Shown one piece after another: positions 23,817 to 35,276 of a DNA stretch of 64,000 nucleotides. A program made the position numbers and the translations under genes. This stretch comes from Lingula anatina. Its lineage: Eukaryota > Animalia > Brachiopoda. The notes below the pieces were generated by a model. That model saw only the letters and a program-made list of their open reading frames with translations. It did no database searches and was not told where the DNA came from. The DNA lies in assembly GCA_051362555.1 (NCBI GenBank), contig CM120640.1, positions 30,957,967 to 31,021,966 of the forward strand, in the 5' to 3' direction. How positions within the stretch are numbered: the stretch's first letter is position 1; every line of letters starts with the position of its first letter.

Positions 23817-25429
23817 CAGGGTTCTCCCCAGGCCTTTATAACGTATCGGCAGCGATACGCATTTCTTTTTGCCGATACGCTTCTTTTTTTGCCGACACGT
23901 TTCTTTAAGGTAAAAATTCAGTTCGGTGAAGTTGCAAGGTTGGCTGTCTGACCAGGGAATTATATCGAATTATGACGGACAGGTCATGATTTATGAGAAA
24001 TTTGGAGCAAAAATCTTTTAAAAAATCATTTTTGATGCATACTAACGTCTTTTTCTCTTCCTAGACGGTACTGAAAAGAGTGACCTACTTTTGGCACAAA
24101 ACACATGCAGTCGCAAAATGAATTGTGAACAAACTTACCGCCAAATTATGAAAGTGAACACCCTCCAGAACTTCACAAGACAAAATTTATTCACATAACA
24201 GGCTCACTACTGAATATTTATTTGGTTAAAAATCTTCGTGCTCTAGAGATAAAGACCGTTCCAAAAACAGAAACTACACAAGTACTGTGCAACAGCCAGA
24301 TTGATCTGGATGAACTAGATATATCTAGTTCGTTGTCAAGGCAACATACTGCCTGTCAATCAAATACGTTGTATGCTATCTACTTACTATAGAACGTGAA
24401 ATCTTTGGGACTGAAGATCTTGTTGAAATATTGTTTATTTGCCAAAATAAAACATGAAATTTTGTATGATGTTTTCTTTAATGACTTTAGCATCACCTAT
24501 ATTATTTACAGTTAAAAATTTAGTGCTGGAATATGATAAATTAACATTGCTGTCATATACCCGTGTGATATTGATGTAAGTTAGATATTAGTAATAACAA
24601 ATATGAGAATTTAAATAAAAAGGGGGACTTTTTTATACTGCTTTTATTTAACTCATATATTAAAAAAATCAAACACATGATAACCCCTAAAAAGTTGAAT
24701 TGTTAACATAAATATAAGTAAAGTATTATAAAATGAATATTCTTTAATTTTTCATTGAACTTTATTCAAATATTATAAATTTTGAATATTTTAATAAAAT
24801 CAATCTGACAGTACCCCCTCCCCACCTGTATTTTTTTTAGCTTTGGTTAAACTTCATGTGAATTTATTATCAAATTGCAGATTTACAATTAGTAGACCCT
24901 GTACCCAAAATCCTAGGAGAAGCCCTGATTGAAACTATGTTAAATCATACTTATATGCAAGATTAAATCTTCAAGAGTTCACAAGTATGAAAAAAAACTT
25001 TTTATCTGAAAATGAATCCACTTTAAGGTGCATTTTCCAACTCATTTGATTGAATGTCTTGGTAATAAATGCATTAAATGTATGACTACAATTATTTATT
25101 TACAAAGTTCAATTAATAGAATGAATAGAAAAAAATATTGGTTTTGTTGGGCAGGTTGGATTGAAATTCGGACAGGTGCTCATAAAAGTTAGTGTCTAGC
25201 CCTGATTTTTCTGCAAAATTTGGTCCTGCACGTGGGCTATGTTGTAACAATTTAATGACAGCTTCAGATTGCATGGGATTGCACCCTTTTTGCATGAAAT
25301 AATAAAAATTTTACCTCCGGAGGGCACATCCCCGGACCCCCCCCCCCCCCCTTTGTACCTCGCTTCGCAAGCCTCGGTACTCTCGCGAAAAAAAATAAGG
25401 GCTATTTTCGATTCCTGGGGAGAACCCTG
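23817..25429. mobile_element. 1.6-kb non-autonomous DNA transposon with 16-bp TIR and 7-bp TSD (hAT- or P-like)
   Basis: CAGGGTTCTCCCCAGG ... CCTGGGGAGAACCCTG; ACCCCTT at 23810-23816 and 25430-25436; an extra end-like motif CCTAGGAGAAGCCCTG at about 24912-24927. Confidence 0.88.
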
Positions 25430-25448
25430 ACCCCTTGTATCTGCAGCT

Positions 25449-25478
25449 CCTTCTTCTTCTTCTTCTTCTTCTTTTCCT

Positions 25479-25512
<34 letters not shown>
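25449..25512. repeat. (CTT)n/(CT)n polypyrimidine microsatellite
   Basis: Direct reading. Confidence 0.9.
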
Positions 25513-25516
<4 letters not shown>

Positions 25517-26157
25517 GGAAAACCCCAAACTTTCCGGTACAGATAACTACAACAATGTACTCACCCTTCTGTCATCAAGAATGTCTTTGCGTGCATTAAA
25601 AAGGATGCTGGAATCGTGGAATGTCCTGCTGCTTCAGATCAAACTTTTACTGTAACCCCTAACTATATCCTTGTCCTTGGTATAACGTGTGAAAATGTTC
25701 CCGCTCCGCCGAACCAAGGAGTTATAACAGTTATAACTCCTTGGCCGAACTAAGCCCGACTTTAAATGTACATGTGGGTCAAATAAAACCCGCAGTGAAT
25801 ACTGGGTCACATCTCGGTACATTCGGGCACACGAAGCGCCGCAGTTTTTCTCTGCGTCCAAGTTATTATATATATATATATCGCTTAAATGTGATATATT
25901 ATTGATAATTGATGGAGAATATAATTACTACATAAAAGGTAATTTTAAATTCTTTTTTTACCTTTTTAACTTTTTTTATTGTTATCATATATTTTCTTTT
26001 TGCTTTAACTTTGCTCATAGACAATTAAATTATTAGCTGGATCTTAGCACTGCTAACATAACGCTCAATTTTAAGGAGGAAATGGAGCATTTACGGACCT
26101 TCGCATTAAAAGAAATTACCTTTAAAAGTATACTAAACTTACTTTAAAAGACCTTAA

Positions 26158-26321
26158 GGATCGATCCATCTCCAAGGGGTTTCTCGCTAAATTGCTTTCA
26201 GATGAAGCGGGTTAGATGTCTGTCACGCCTACTGAAGCTGCTAGGGGAATTATCGTTTAGCATCTAAACCGCTTAAGTTGATAGCAATTTACTGAGAATC
26301 TACTTGGTGATAGATCGATCC
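26158..26321. mobile_element. Small foldback MITE (GATCGATC-ended family)
   Basis: Imperfect inverted arms GGATCGATCCATCTCCAAG...TCTCGCTAAATTGCT / AGCAATTTACTGAGA...CTTGGTGATAGATCGATCC. Confidence 0.6.
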
Positions 26322-26995
26322 AAAGTTAGTACGATAGGGTCTGCGAATGATCCCTAAGTCATTTTTGTCTAAATACCCTGCAAAGCTACTAGTACACGTA
26401 CTTAAATTACTTTAATAGACTGCGCTACAGACTGCGCTAGTACTCTAATATGAGATATATTTGCACGTTTATTATTTTTTTTTAATAAAAAGGTCTACAT
26501 TTCCCTCAATTCCAAGTTTATTTTCTCAATGCCTGGTAACGAAGGTTTTGCAAATGGCTTTCTAAGAGAATGCAGCTTTGTTGTGTTTCGTGTAAACCAT
26601 TTGACTGTGCCCTGTCAACATATCGTCCAGCTAATCATGAGGGCCCGCTGGTAAAGTACTGATCTCAGTTCACGGCCGCGGAAAATAAAAATCATCAAAT
26701 CACAAATCACATAAATTAATTAAAACTTTATTCGTATCTCATTGAAAATGCTAGTCCAGCGAGCTTAAAATAACTATCATCAAGTATAATGACTTCGTTT
26801 CACTGAGGACTGGGGATAAAAACCCGCATTTCACGATTCACAGGAATGGGGTGCTTCACGGATGACGCTAATTAATAATAATAAATAAATAATTAAAAAA
26901 ATAATTTAAAAAAAACGTTGCTAGCATCTCGGGAAATGAAAAGTGGTTTTCACGGGTAACGAAAATACCCAATGAAGCCTTCAGTCATTGACCCC

Positions 26996-27198
26996 ATTCC
27001 CAGAGATTAGATCGATCTACTTTAGATCGACCTAACTCCCTGGGGGTTCACGCTAAATAGCTGTCAGCCGAGCGGACACGAAAGTTAATTACCCCCTTAC
27101 AGCTTGTAGTAGGCGGGACGGACATTTAAGCCGGATTATCTGACAGTAATCTAGTGAGACTCCCCGCAGGGATAGATCGATCTAAAAGCTCTGGGAAT
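26996..27198. mobile_element. Second copy of the GATCGATC foldback MITE, in opposite orientation
   Basis: ATTCCCAGAG...TTTAGATCGA ... TCGATCTAAAAGCTCTGGGAAT. The core CCCCTTACAGCTTGTAGTAGGCGGGACGGACA is the reverse complement of the TGTCTGTCACGCCTACTGAAGCTGCTAGGGG core at about 26217. Confidence 0.6.
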
Positions 27199-27837
27199 AC
27201 AGCCATTGTCTTAACTAAAATGTAGGTTTTATTAATTACTAAAATATTTCAAAAGCATCAAACAACTAAAATTAATTATCTTCGACAAAAATAAGCCACG
27301 GAGGAATTCTCAGTTTTTAAAAGCCGGGCGACACCTGCGAAAGTCGCTGCAAGTTATTTATTACGTTATTTAGATAAACATTCTAGACATTTTCTGAAAC
27401 ATTACACTTGCTTCCTAACAAGTTCCTAATTTTTTTTTTTACTTTATTGAAAATAAACTTAAAGGTGGATGTGAGATGGTGTTGTGAGGGACAGTAACAA
27501 AGGTTTAAATTGAGTCCGCATTTCGTGTTTTAAATATGATTAGCGCAGGTGCTGAGCTAACTTATGCAACAATTTTCGTGTGCATCGAAAGACTCGCGAG
27601 AGAAATAATTACTGCAAAATGTAATCGCTCCTCATTTCTCTTGTTGGCACTCTCTCCATGTCCAGCGGTACTTGTAGTGCCCAGTTCACCAAATACTTAT
27701 TACAAAACAGACAATAACATTGATTTCTCTTGCACATTTCGTTATCATGAATTCCCCAATAAGATTGATTAAGATTCCTTTTATCATGTCTTAGCAAATT
27801 GATTTTGAGAAGCGCGCGCACCCCCCCACACACACAG

Positions 27838-27850
27838 AGGAGAGAGAGAA

Positions 27851-27881
<31 letters not shown>

Positions 27882-28114
27882 AAGAGCAGGTTAAATTTCT
27901 TAGGTGATAGGAACAATCAACAAAGATCAACATAAACCGTCTCGAATCGGACTTCTCACAACATTTTTTTCTTTCATTAAACTTAACAAATTCAAGCCGT
28001 CAAATTATATAAGATTTTACTTCAAATAACCAAAAATATCATATCCATACATAGACATACTGTCAAAAGATACTGGTAGATCAACTTAAACAGTCTTAAG
28101 TCAGAATTCTCACA

Positions 28115-28154
<40 letters not shown>
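27838..28154. repeat. (GA)n-rich tract (27838-27885) and ~56-nt poly(T) (about 28098-28154)
   Basis: Direct reading. Confidence 0.85.
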
Positions 28155-28156
<2 letters not shown>

Positions 28157-30251
28157 TTCTTTAATTTTTAGTTGTTACATCGTCTAAGATTTAATTTAAA
28201 AAATATCATATTGCATACATGGACATACTTTATGAGCATTTCTGTAGTTGTCGTGACCTAAATTTCTTTGTCTTGGAAACTCGCTGATGAAAAGAGTATG
28301 TGTACTTATCTAAATATAAGTAATCTACAGGCCTTTTCGATATTTTGGCTATACATAAGTCTTGACGAATCTCTCCCTGATATCTTTTATTTTATAAGTT
28401 TTTTGTTATACGTGTATTTTGTGATAACCCTGTAAGAATGTTAGCATGGCTTTATTATGAATTTTCGATAAAAAACTAGTAGAATACAATAACAGAACAA
28501 GAAACAAAGATGACTGAGCTGTTTTTAGTGGTTTCTTTCGACAGGATTTACGATTTATTACGAGGCGGTCTATCTATACTACACTAAAGCTTGGACTAAA
28601 TAACGAATAACGTTATTATATCCAAGATTGAAGGCATCCGTAACTGTTTTTGGATAAAAATACTCTAGATTAAGCAGAATTATCATATCAAAAACACCAA
28701 AAAGTGATATCTCAAATCTACCGGAGCAGTGAATTTTTATTTTATTTCCGTTATCAGATTTCACAATTAACTCTTATGCCTAGATTACATTAGAAAAGCG
28801 TGTCGTGCGATGAAATTAAATACGATTTTCCGTGCGTTTTTTATTAACGACGTACGGGCTACAGCGAATACGTTTACATTACGGGTGGGTTAATGTTAAT
28901 GTTGATGTTAATCAATCACCAAAATATTTATTTTATTACGAAACAGTGTTAATTTTTACACAGATAATAAAAATCAGTCAATGGGTACACAGTGATGCTT
29001 TAAGGCCTTCTTTAAATTCTGCTGCTGCTATGCAGAGACGGAATAAATATAAAACATTGTTGCATGTATCAGACTATCTCGAAAGTAAATCATTTACTAG
29101 AATAAAATGGCGATTGTTTTATTTATCATTACTTTTACATTAGAGTGAGCTCCCGGTATTATTCCATTGCTGACGAAATCAATACTGGAGACGACGGTTA
29201 TATTGACGCGGATAAAGAAATTAAATCCTAACTTGAGCTTTAACCTTGGTCATTATTAGTAATTTTGCCCATGCTTTAACTAAAGCGTTTTACTACAGGC
29301 AAGAGATAAACCTGAAAAGATGAACAGGTCCAGCAGTGAGGTATCATCCTCACCCGCTCTTCTCTTGATGGATGACGGCGCCCTCCTCGTGAAAAAAAAT
29401 TGTATTGTTCCCACAGAAAAATGTAAAGTGCGTACTGGTGTCGCCAGACACCTTTTTTTTTCTAGAACTTCTTCATGCCATTTTCTTCATTTTTTTTTTC
29501 TTTTACAGATCTTGTATCAATGCTCCAACTTAAACATACCCGGGCCCATCATAATACGTTGATAAAAAACGAATAGAGCAATATATAAAAGATTGGTGGG
29601 GGCATTTTCTACAATAAAACACCAACACTAAAAGTAATAATAAGAGATACCTAAATTTCTGCTCACTGTCTTTTCGCCGTCATTCGTTTTTGTCTTAATC
29701 ATCATTTTGTGCATTGTCTTCAATTATTCATGAAGCCCAGATTTTGGGAGAGGGGCAACTGCCGCAATGAAGCCCACGTAATCCTCTAGCTAATTTCATT
29801 TACAAGCACACTTACCACATCGTCACCGTAACACCAATATAAGCTCTTTATGTAAAATAACAAAATTTCTATCCATAATTAACTGACTTTGTAAGAATGA
29901 AAACATCAATTGAATAACATGGGGATGAACAAGGACAGTGAGAAGTCGTTCTCTGTAATGGGTTCCTGACCACTCCTCTAGGTCCAACCTTATCAGTAAA
30001 ATACTTCAGGGGGTGTTCCATGCCAAGTAAGTGTCTCGTCTGTCAAGCTGCAGGCAAATATGACATCAGTGCAAACATTGAATCGCCGAGTAGGAGAAGG
30101 AGGGGAGGGGGGGCATCGAAAACATTACTCACTTGAAGTTGGCCATGGACTGACTGGGGTCTCGATCCTCGATGCAATATATCAAGAACTTGTTTATAAA
30201 TATGTAAGGGGTAAAGGAATGAACAGGGCCCATCATCCTCTTCTCCGCTAA

Positions 30252-30837
30252 GGCCCCTATTTCACACAGACCACGAATCCCATGAATCTCCAGGAATTGA
30301 CAAATTTCAGGATTCGGCTGGAATCGTGAGATTTTGCCAATTTTCTGGTCTAATTCGAAACGCTCTACGATTCAGTTACGATACAGGTGCGATAGTGTTA
30401 CGAATATTCGTGGCATTCGGCTGGAATCGAACGAATATTGTCCAGAAATTCACTACGATTTTTTGGAATCGGGAGTTCGTGGCCAAAACTTTGAACAGCT
30501 CAAATTTTTTGCCACGAATTCCCGATTTATCAAGAATTGCAAGGACTGACTACGATTATATACGAATCTGTTAAGAACTTCACGAACTGATTACGATTCA
30601 ACCACGAATCCTGAAATTTTCAATTCCTGGCGATTTGTGGGATTCGTGGTCTGTGTGAAATAGGGGTATCAAAGTTTTTGCCACCAATTCCTGTTGGTCA
30701 AGAAGTGCAAGAACTGACTACGAATATATACGAATCTGTTAAGAAATTCACGAACTGATTACGATTCAACCAAGAATCGTGAAATTTGTCAATTCATGGC
30801 CATTCGTGGGATTCGAGGTCTGTGTGAAATAGGGGCA
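30252..30837. mobile_element. PIF/Harbinger-like MITE with duplicated right terminus
   Basis: TAA-GGCCCCTATTTCACACAGACCACGAATCCC ... GGGATTCG(T/A)GGTCTGTGTGAAATAGGGG at both ~30667 and 30837; TAA TSD after the outer end; dense ACGAAT/ATTCGT motifs. Confidence 0.85.
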
Positions 30838-33664
30838 TAACAACTGACGTGGCTGAAAATGTAAGGGCGGGGTGGGGGAGGGGAATAAGCTCCTATCCCC
30901 CCCCCCCGCCCCTGCAAATATTTTTCTCAACCTACTGTCCTTATAGCATAGAAATAAATAAATACGGTGTTAGGTATGTGTGATGTAATCAGGGCGCTGG
31001 AAATTACTTTTATTTGATTTATTTATTTATTTGTTTTGGAAACTTTTAAAATCAGACTGAAAGAGTGCTTTCTTATGCAAGAATGATAACTTCCAAAATA
31101 TCTCTAAACCGAAATCATAAGAATGGAGATACTCATAATAAACGCGTCTGCTTTCTCTGAATTTCGTTATTTGCATCACAGTGTGGGAAACCCCCTTAAA
31201 CCATCCCGGGGCCCCCACATTACATAAAATACCCTTTAATAATAAAACCCCAGGGCTTGAAGCCCAGGCTCACATCTTTGGATAATGCTATCTGTAATAC
31301 TGCTACAGAGATTCCCAGGTTCCTTGTCTTAAAGTCTGCACACGGAAAAGAATGAAACGACTCCATGTTGTAACTTCAACAGAATATATTTTGCTACACT
31401 AAAAGTTACATGATGCAAGTATGACCTCTCTCCTCCTCTCTCTAGCTCTCCCCCCCTAGATTTAAGTTTACAGATTTTTATACAAAACTTTATCAGTTAA
31501 ACTGTCCATCACATAACTTAAAAACTGATAGGTTACTTCATACACAAGGCCACCTTCTTCCAGGTGGGCACTCCTAATAACACCCTGTAATCTAGTTCTA
31601 ACAGATTACTGGCTTCGGAACAAAGGACATTAAAATTTGAACTGCAAGGTGTGAAGCATTATCTGAACAACTTGTACAACTTGGCTTCCCATGTCTGAAT
31701 TTTATCAAACAATGGCTTCCTCTGATTGAGTTAATACAACATCATGTATGAAAGTTTTAAAAGTACTAATTACACTTTTTTTCTATACTATGGTTCCTGA
31801 CAACAGGCTGATGATTAAAAAAAGGTAGACATGAAGACATTTAACGTGAACATAAATTTGTGTTGTACTAATATGCGAATATAGAGTAGAAACTGAGTAT
31901 GTCTTTTTACTGGAAGCAACTATACTGGGTTTATTTCACAACTCAAATTTTCAGTCAATGCAGATAAGGAAATGACAGAAAAAGTCAAACTGAAATGACA
32001 CACCAAACGAAACCATTGAATATTGTCACAGAAAAGCAAAGTGTGTATAAAAAGGGCCAATACATTATCTTTAATGTGGTTTTTAATACTTCTTAATACT
32101 TATTATCTATTTTGACCTGGAATTTAACATATTATGTATTACTGCAAACTTAATTTATTATCGTGTATTTATTTATTATTTTATCTATTTTCCTCTTGTG
32201 GGTAATTAACCTGTGCTTTATTCCCCTTTTCTTTCAATCCGGGTCAACACACTCCATGCCATAGAGTTGCTGTGTACATGTAACTGAAGGATAGCCTTTG
32301 GAGTCTACAATACAAAGTAAAATGTGTCCCTCAACAAGGTGGGACTACAGAGCTATACTGGCGAAGAGCAGATTTGCAATTTCTTTTGGATTTCAAACTC
32401 TTTCCTTTGCTCTCAATCTTCTAAACATCTGAACTGAACAGTCCCCCTGCAGACAATCTCCAACCGCAAGCGTAGCTTGGACTTATTTTTAACATAACTA
32501 AAAAAACTGCCTGCTTGTATAGAAATGTAAGACTTTTTAATTTAAACATGGGCACCCTAAACTGTAAAAAATATCTGTTTATTGGACACGTCTATACACT
32601 GTATTTACTCATTAAAGACGTCCGGAGGTTGGCGCGGTAAACAAATACACTGCTTCATTTATAAATAACAACACTGACTATATTTCAAATAAGAAAAGTT
32701 AAAAAAAAAAGGAGTTGACGTTTGAGTTTTTCTATAAACAGTACCCAATGTCCGTCAAAAGAACTGTATAAGGCTTTTACTTTAAGATAATGATTTCCTG
32801 TTTATATATGAATATTTGAATATGAATATAAATTATTTTCCTGTACAGTTTTCTTTCAAAAGAACGGAAGGAAAAGTCTTTAAACTGTCTTATTTGATGA
32901 AAAAGTTTCATATCAACAGCTGAATGTAAATAAATGATATTTTGGTTCTAAGTCACCACTGTAATCATATACTCTTCGAAAATTCCCCTCTCATGTGGGA
33001 AGTTATTTCTTTTTATAGCCAAATCGAATTCTCCAAGTGGAGCGACCCATCGTGGCATATTTAACCTCGGCCTCGGGCTGATCACTTGGCATGTCGAATT
33101 CCACGAGACTTTCAGGGGAAAGGTTCTTGGTGATCGTGTACGCCACTAATTCAACCAACTCCACACAGTCTCACCACAGCGTTGTGCGGAACTCATGGCA
33201 CACTAACTAAGGGAAATAATGTAATTTAAAATCTGGTAGAACAAAATTATATAAAGAATATTTTTGGAAATAAGCAAACAAGTAAACAAAAATTAATAAA
33301 CAAAATTATAAAAAGCTAAATAAATATATAAATAATACGGTGTAGATATATTAATAAAAAAGAATGAAAGAAAGATAAAAAATGAAAAAATGAAAAGAAA
33401 AATACTGCAAATGGAGTGAAAATTATTTCCTTCCTGCAGTTTCACAAAAGTCAATTATTATAAACAGAATGCGACTATAATATGATGAATACATTGAGTC
33501 TTTAGTTTCTTATATATTGTATACCTTTTAATCACTCGACTAGCTGACGCCGGAATACATATAGTTCTTTTCCCTCCTCTCGCCTATATCTTAATTTTCT
33601 TATGTAAATAATCCTGGGGACAGTCCGGCGTTTTCATTGTTCGACAGCTATTCTTGATCACCAG

Positions 33665-33890
33665 TATGATGATTGACGTTTGTATATATAACTGCCAATC
33701 AAGCCATCCACTTTTAATAGCTTTGATTGGCACCTCTCAATCACAGGAAGTAAAAGCTCTTTCGCAGCATGATTGTGATTGACGTTTGTTTAACTAACCG
33801 TCAATCAACCTGTCAAATTTGACAGCTTTGATTGACACCTATCAATCACAGGAGATAAGAGTTCTTTGGCGGTATGGATGTGATTGACGA
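33665..33890. repeat. ~107-bp tandem repeat (about 2.2 copies) built of nested CAATCA/TGATTG inverted motifs
   Basis: TGATTGACG at about 33670, 33776 and 33881; each unit contains CAATCAA...AGCTTTGATTG.CACCT.TCAATCACAGGA. Confidence 0.7.
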
Positions 33891-35021
33891 TCGCGAGATG
33901 TTAGAGTTCTTTTATTCTACAAAGAAATTGTAGGAGCTGTCCGCAATGGACAGATTCCCCCGGAACCGGAATTTTTGAAGCAAGGTTTATACAAAGGAAA
34001 GAAAAGCAGGCAAATCTCATATAGTATTATGTGCTCTCATTGAGGGAACGACAGAAAATATATGTCATTTATACATAAGCCGGTATATACCAAAAATAGA
34101 AATAGAAACAGTCACAAGTATAGTAGCCAACCAAATAGATGAATAAAGGAACAAAGAAATATACGGAAAGAATTATTTACAGACCAAAAATGCATAAATA
34201 AAAAAATCAAAGATAATAACCATGAGGCTTTTTTTTTTGCTATTCTCAAACTTACTGGAGTAATTCGTGTTATGATAAATACAGTCCATGTTCGAATTGC
34301 AGATATATTAGGTCTTTTTCCTTAAATTACCCCGCTTTTTCACTTTTATGTTATACTTTATAATGTAAGACTTGTTAATGCAATAAATGGAAAACCCCGT
34401 GACTTATCATACTGAAATTTACAGAATCACTTTTTAGCATGAGTATTAGAATACAACGGCAAATGTCAGCTTTATCGGACCATTTTTGACGAAGGTTATC
34501 CCATGTCCCCCCTTTCCTTCGAATGGAATGTGTCGTCTCTCCTGACGCACTGCGTTCCGTAGTTGTTATAGCTACAGCTTGCTCGAGTCCGTCTTAACAC
34601 TTTCTTCAAAAATAATTTGTAATCGGATATACATACATATTTTAGCGTTAAAGAATCTAGATATGATTTGAGTCGCTACGAAAGAAAATAATAAAGCTTG
34701 ATAAAAGTATTGATCAAATAGGCCCATGATCATTATAATATAAAGCGTGTTATTATAAATAGGTAATAATTTCCAAATAATTAGCTTCAGTTGTTTCGGC
34801 TTCTGGATCACCTGCAGGGGCCTCAAGTACAGTTATCACTGTTATATGGTGAGGCCTACTCTTTTTTCATACAAACGAAATTCAAGAATTTTGGACACTT
34901 TTGAAATAAGTGCATTCAAAAAGTTTCGAGTATTAAAAAAATCCTTATATTACTCCGGAGAAATTATAAGAAAAATTATCATATCAGCGCCCTCTATCAT
35001 TTATGGCTGTCTTCACTAGCA

Positions 35022-35098
35022 CAACATGATTGTGACGGTGTCCATGAATTTCATCATATTATATGATGAAATTCATGGACACCGTCACAATCATGTTG
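35022..35098. repeat. Perfect 77-bp palindrome (38-bp arms, 1-nt centre)
   Basis: CAACATGATTGTGACGGTGTCCATGAATTTCATCATAT-T-ATATGATGAAATTCATGGACACCGTCACAATCATGTTG. Confidence 0.95.
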
Positions 35099-35229
35099 AG
35101 ATAGACTCTGAGGTCAAATACTGTAGCATTAACACTGTTGTAACTCAATTTCTTCTATTCTCCCCTACATCATCATTGACAGTTGCCAGAGAGGGAGATT
35201 CCCTCGCATGCCCTACGTCCCCCACCCCG

Positions 35230-35240
35230 ACACACAGACA

Positions 35241-35275
<35 letters not shown>
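35230..35275. repeat. (CA)n microsatellite
   Basis: Direct reading. Confidence 0.9.

Positions 35276-35276
<1 letters not shown>

Noticed and set aside
25515-25635. Possible decayed RING finger (CTH..FCHQECL...IVECP)
   Set aside because: Requires two frameshifts, has atypical spacing and lacks the first Cys pair and any supporting exons.
31290-31805. Possible solo LTR (TGTTGTA...TACAACA)
   Set aside because: No TSD found for any candidate pair of ends.
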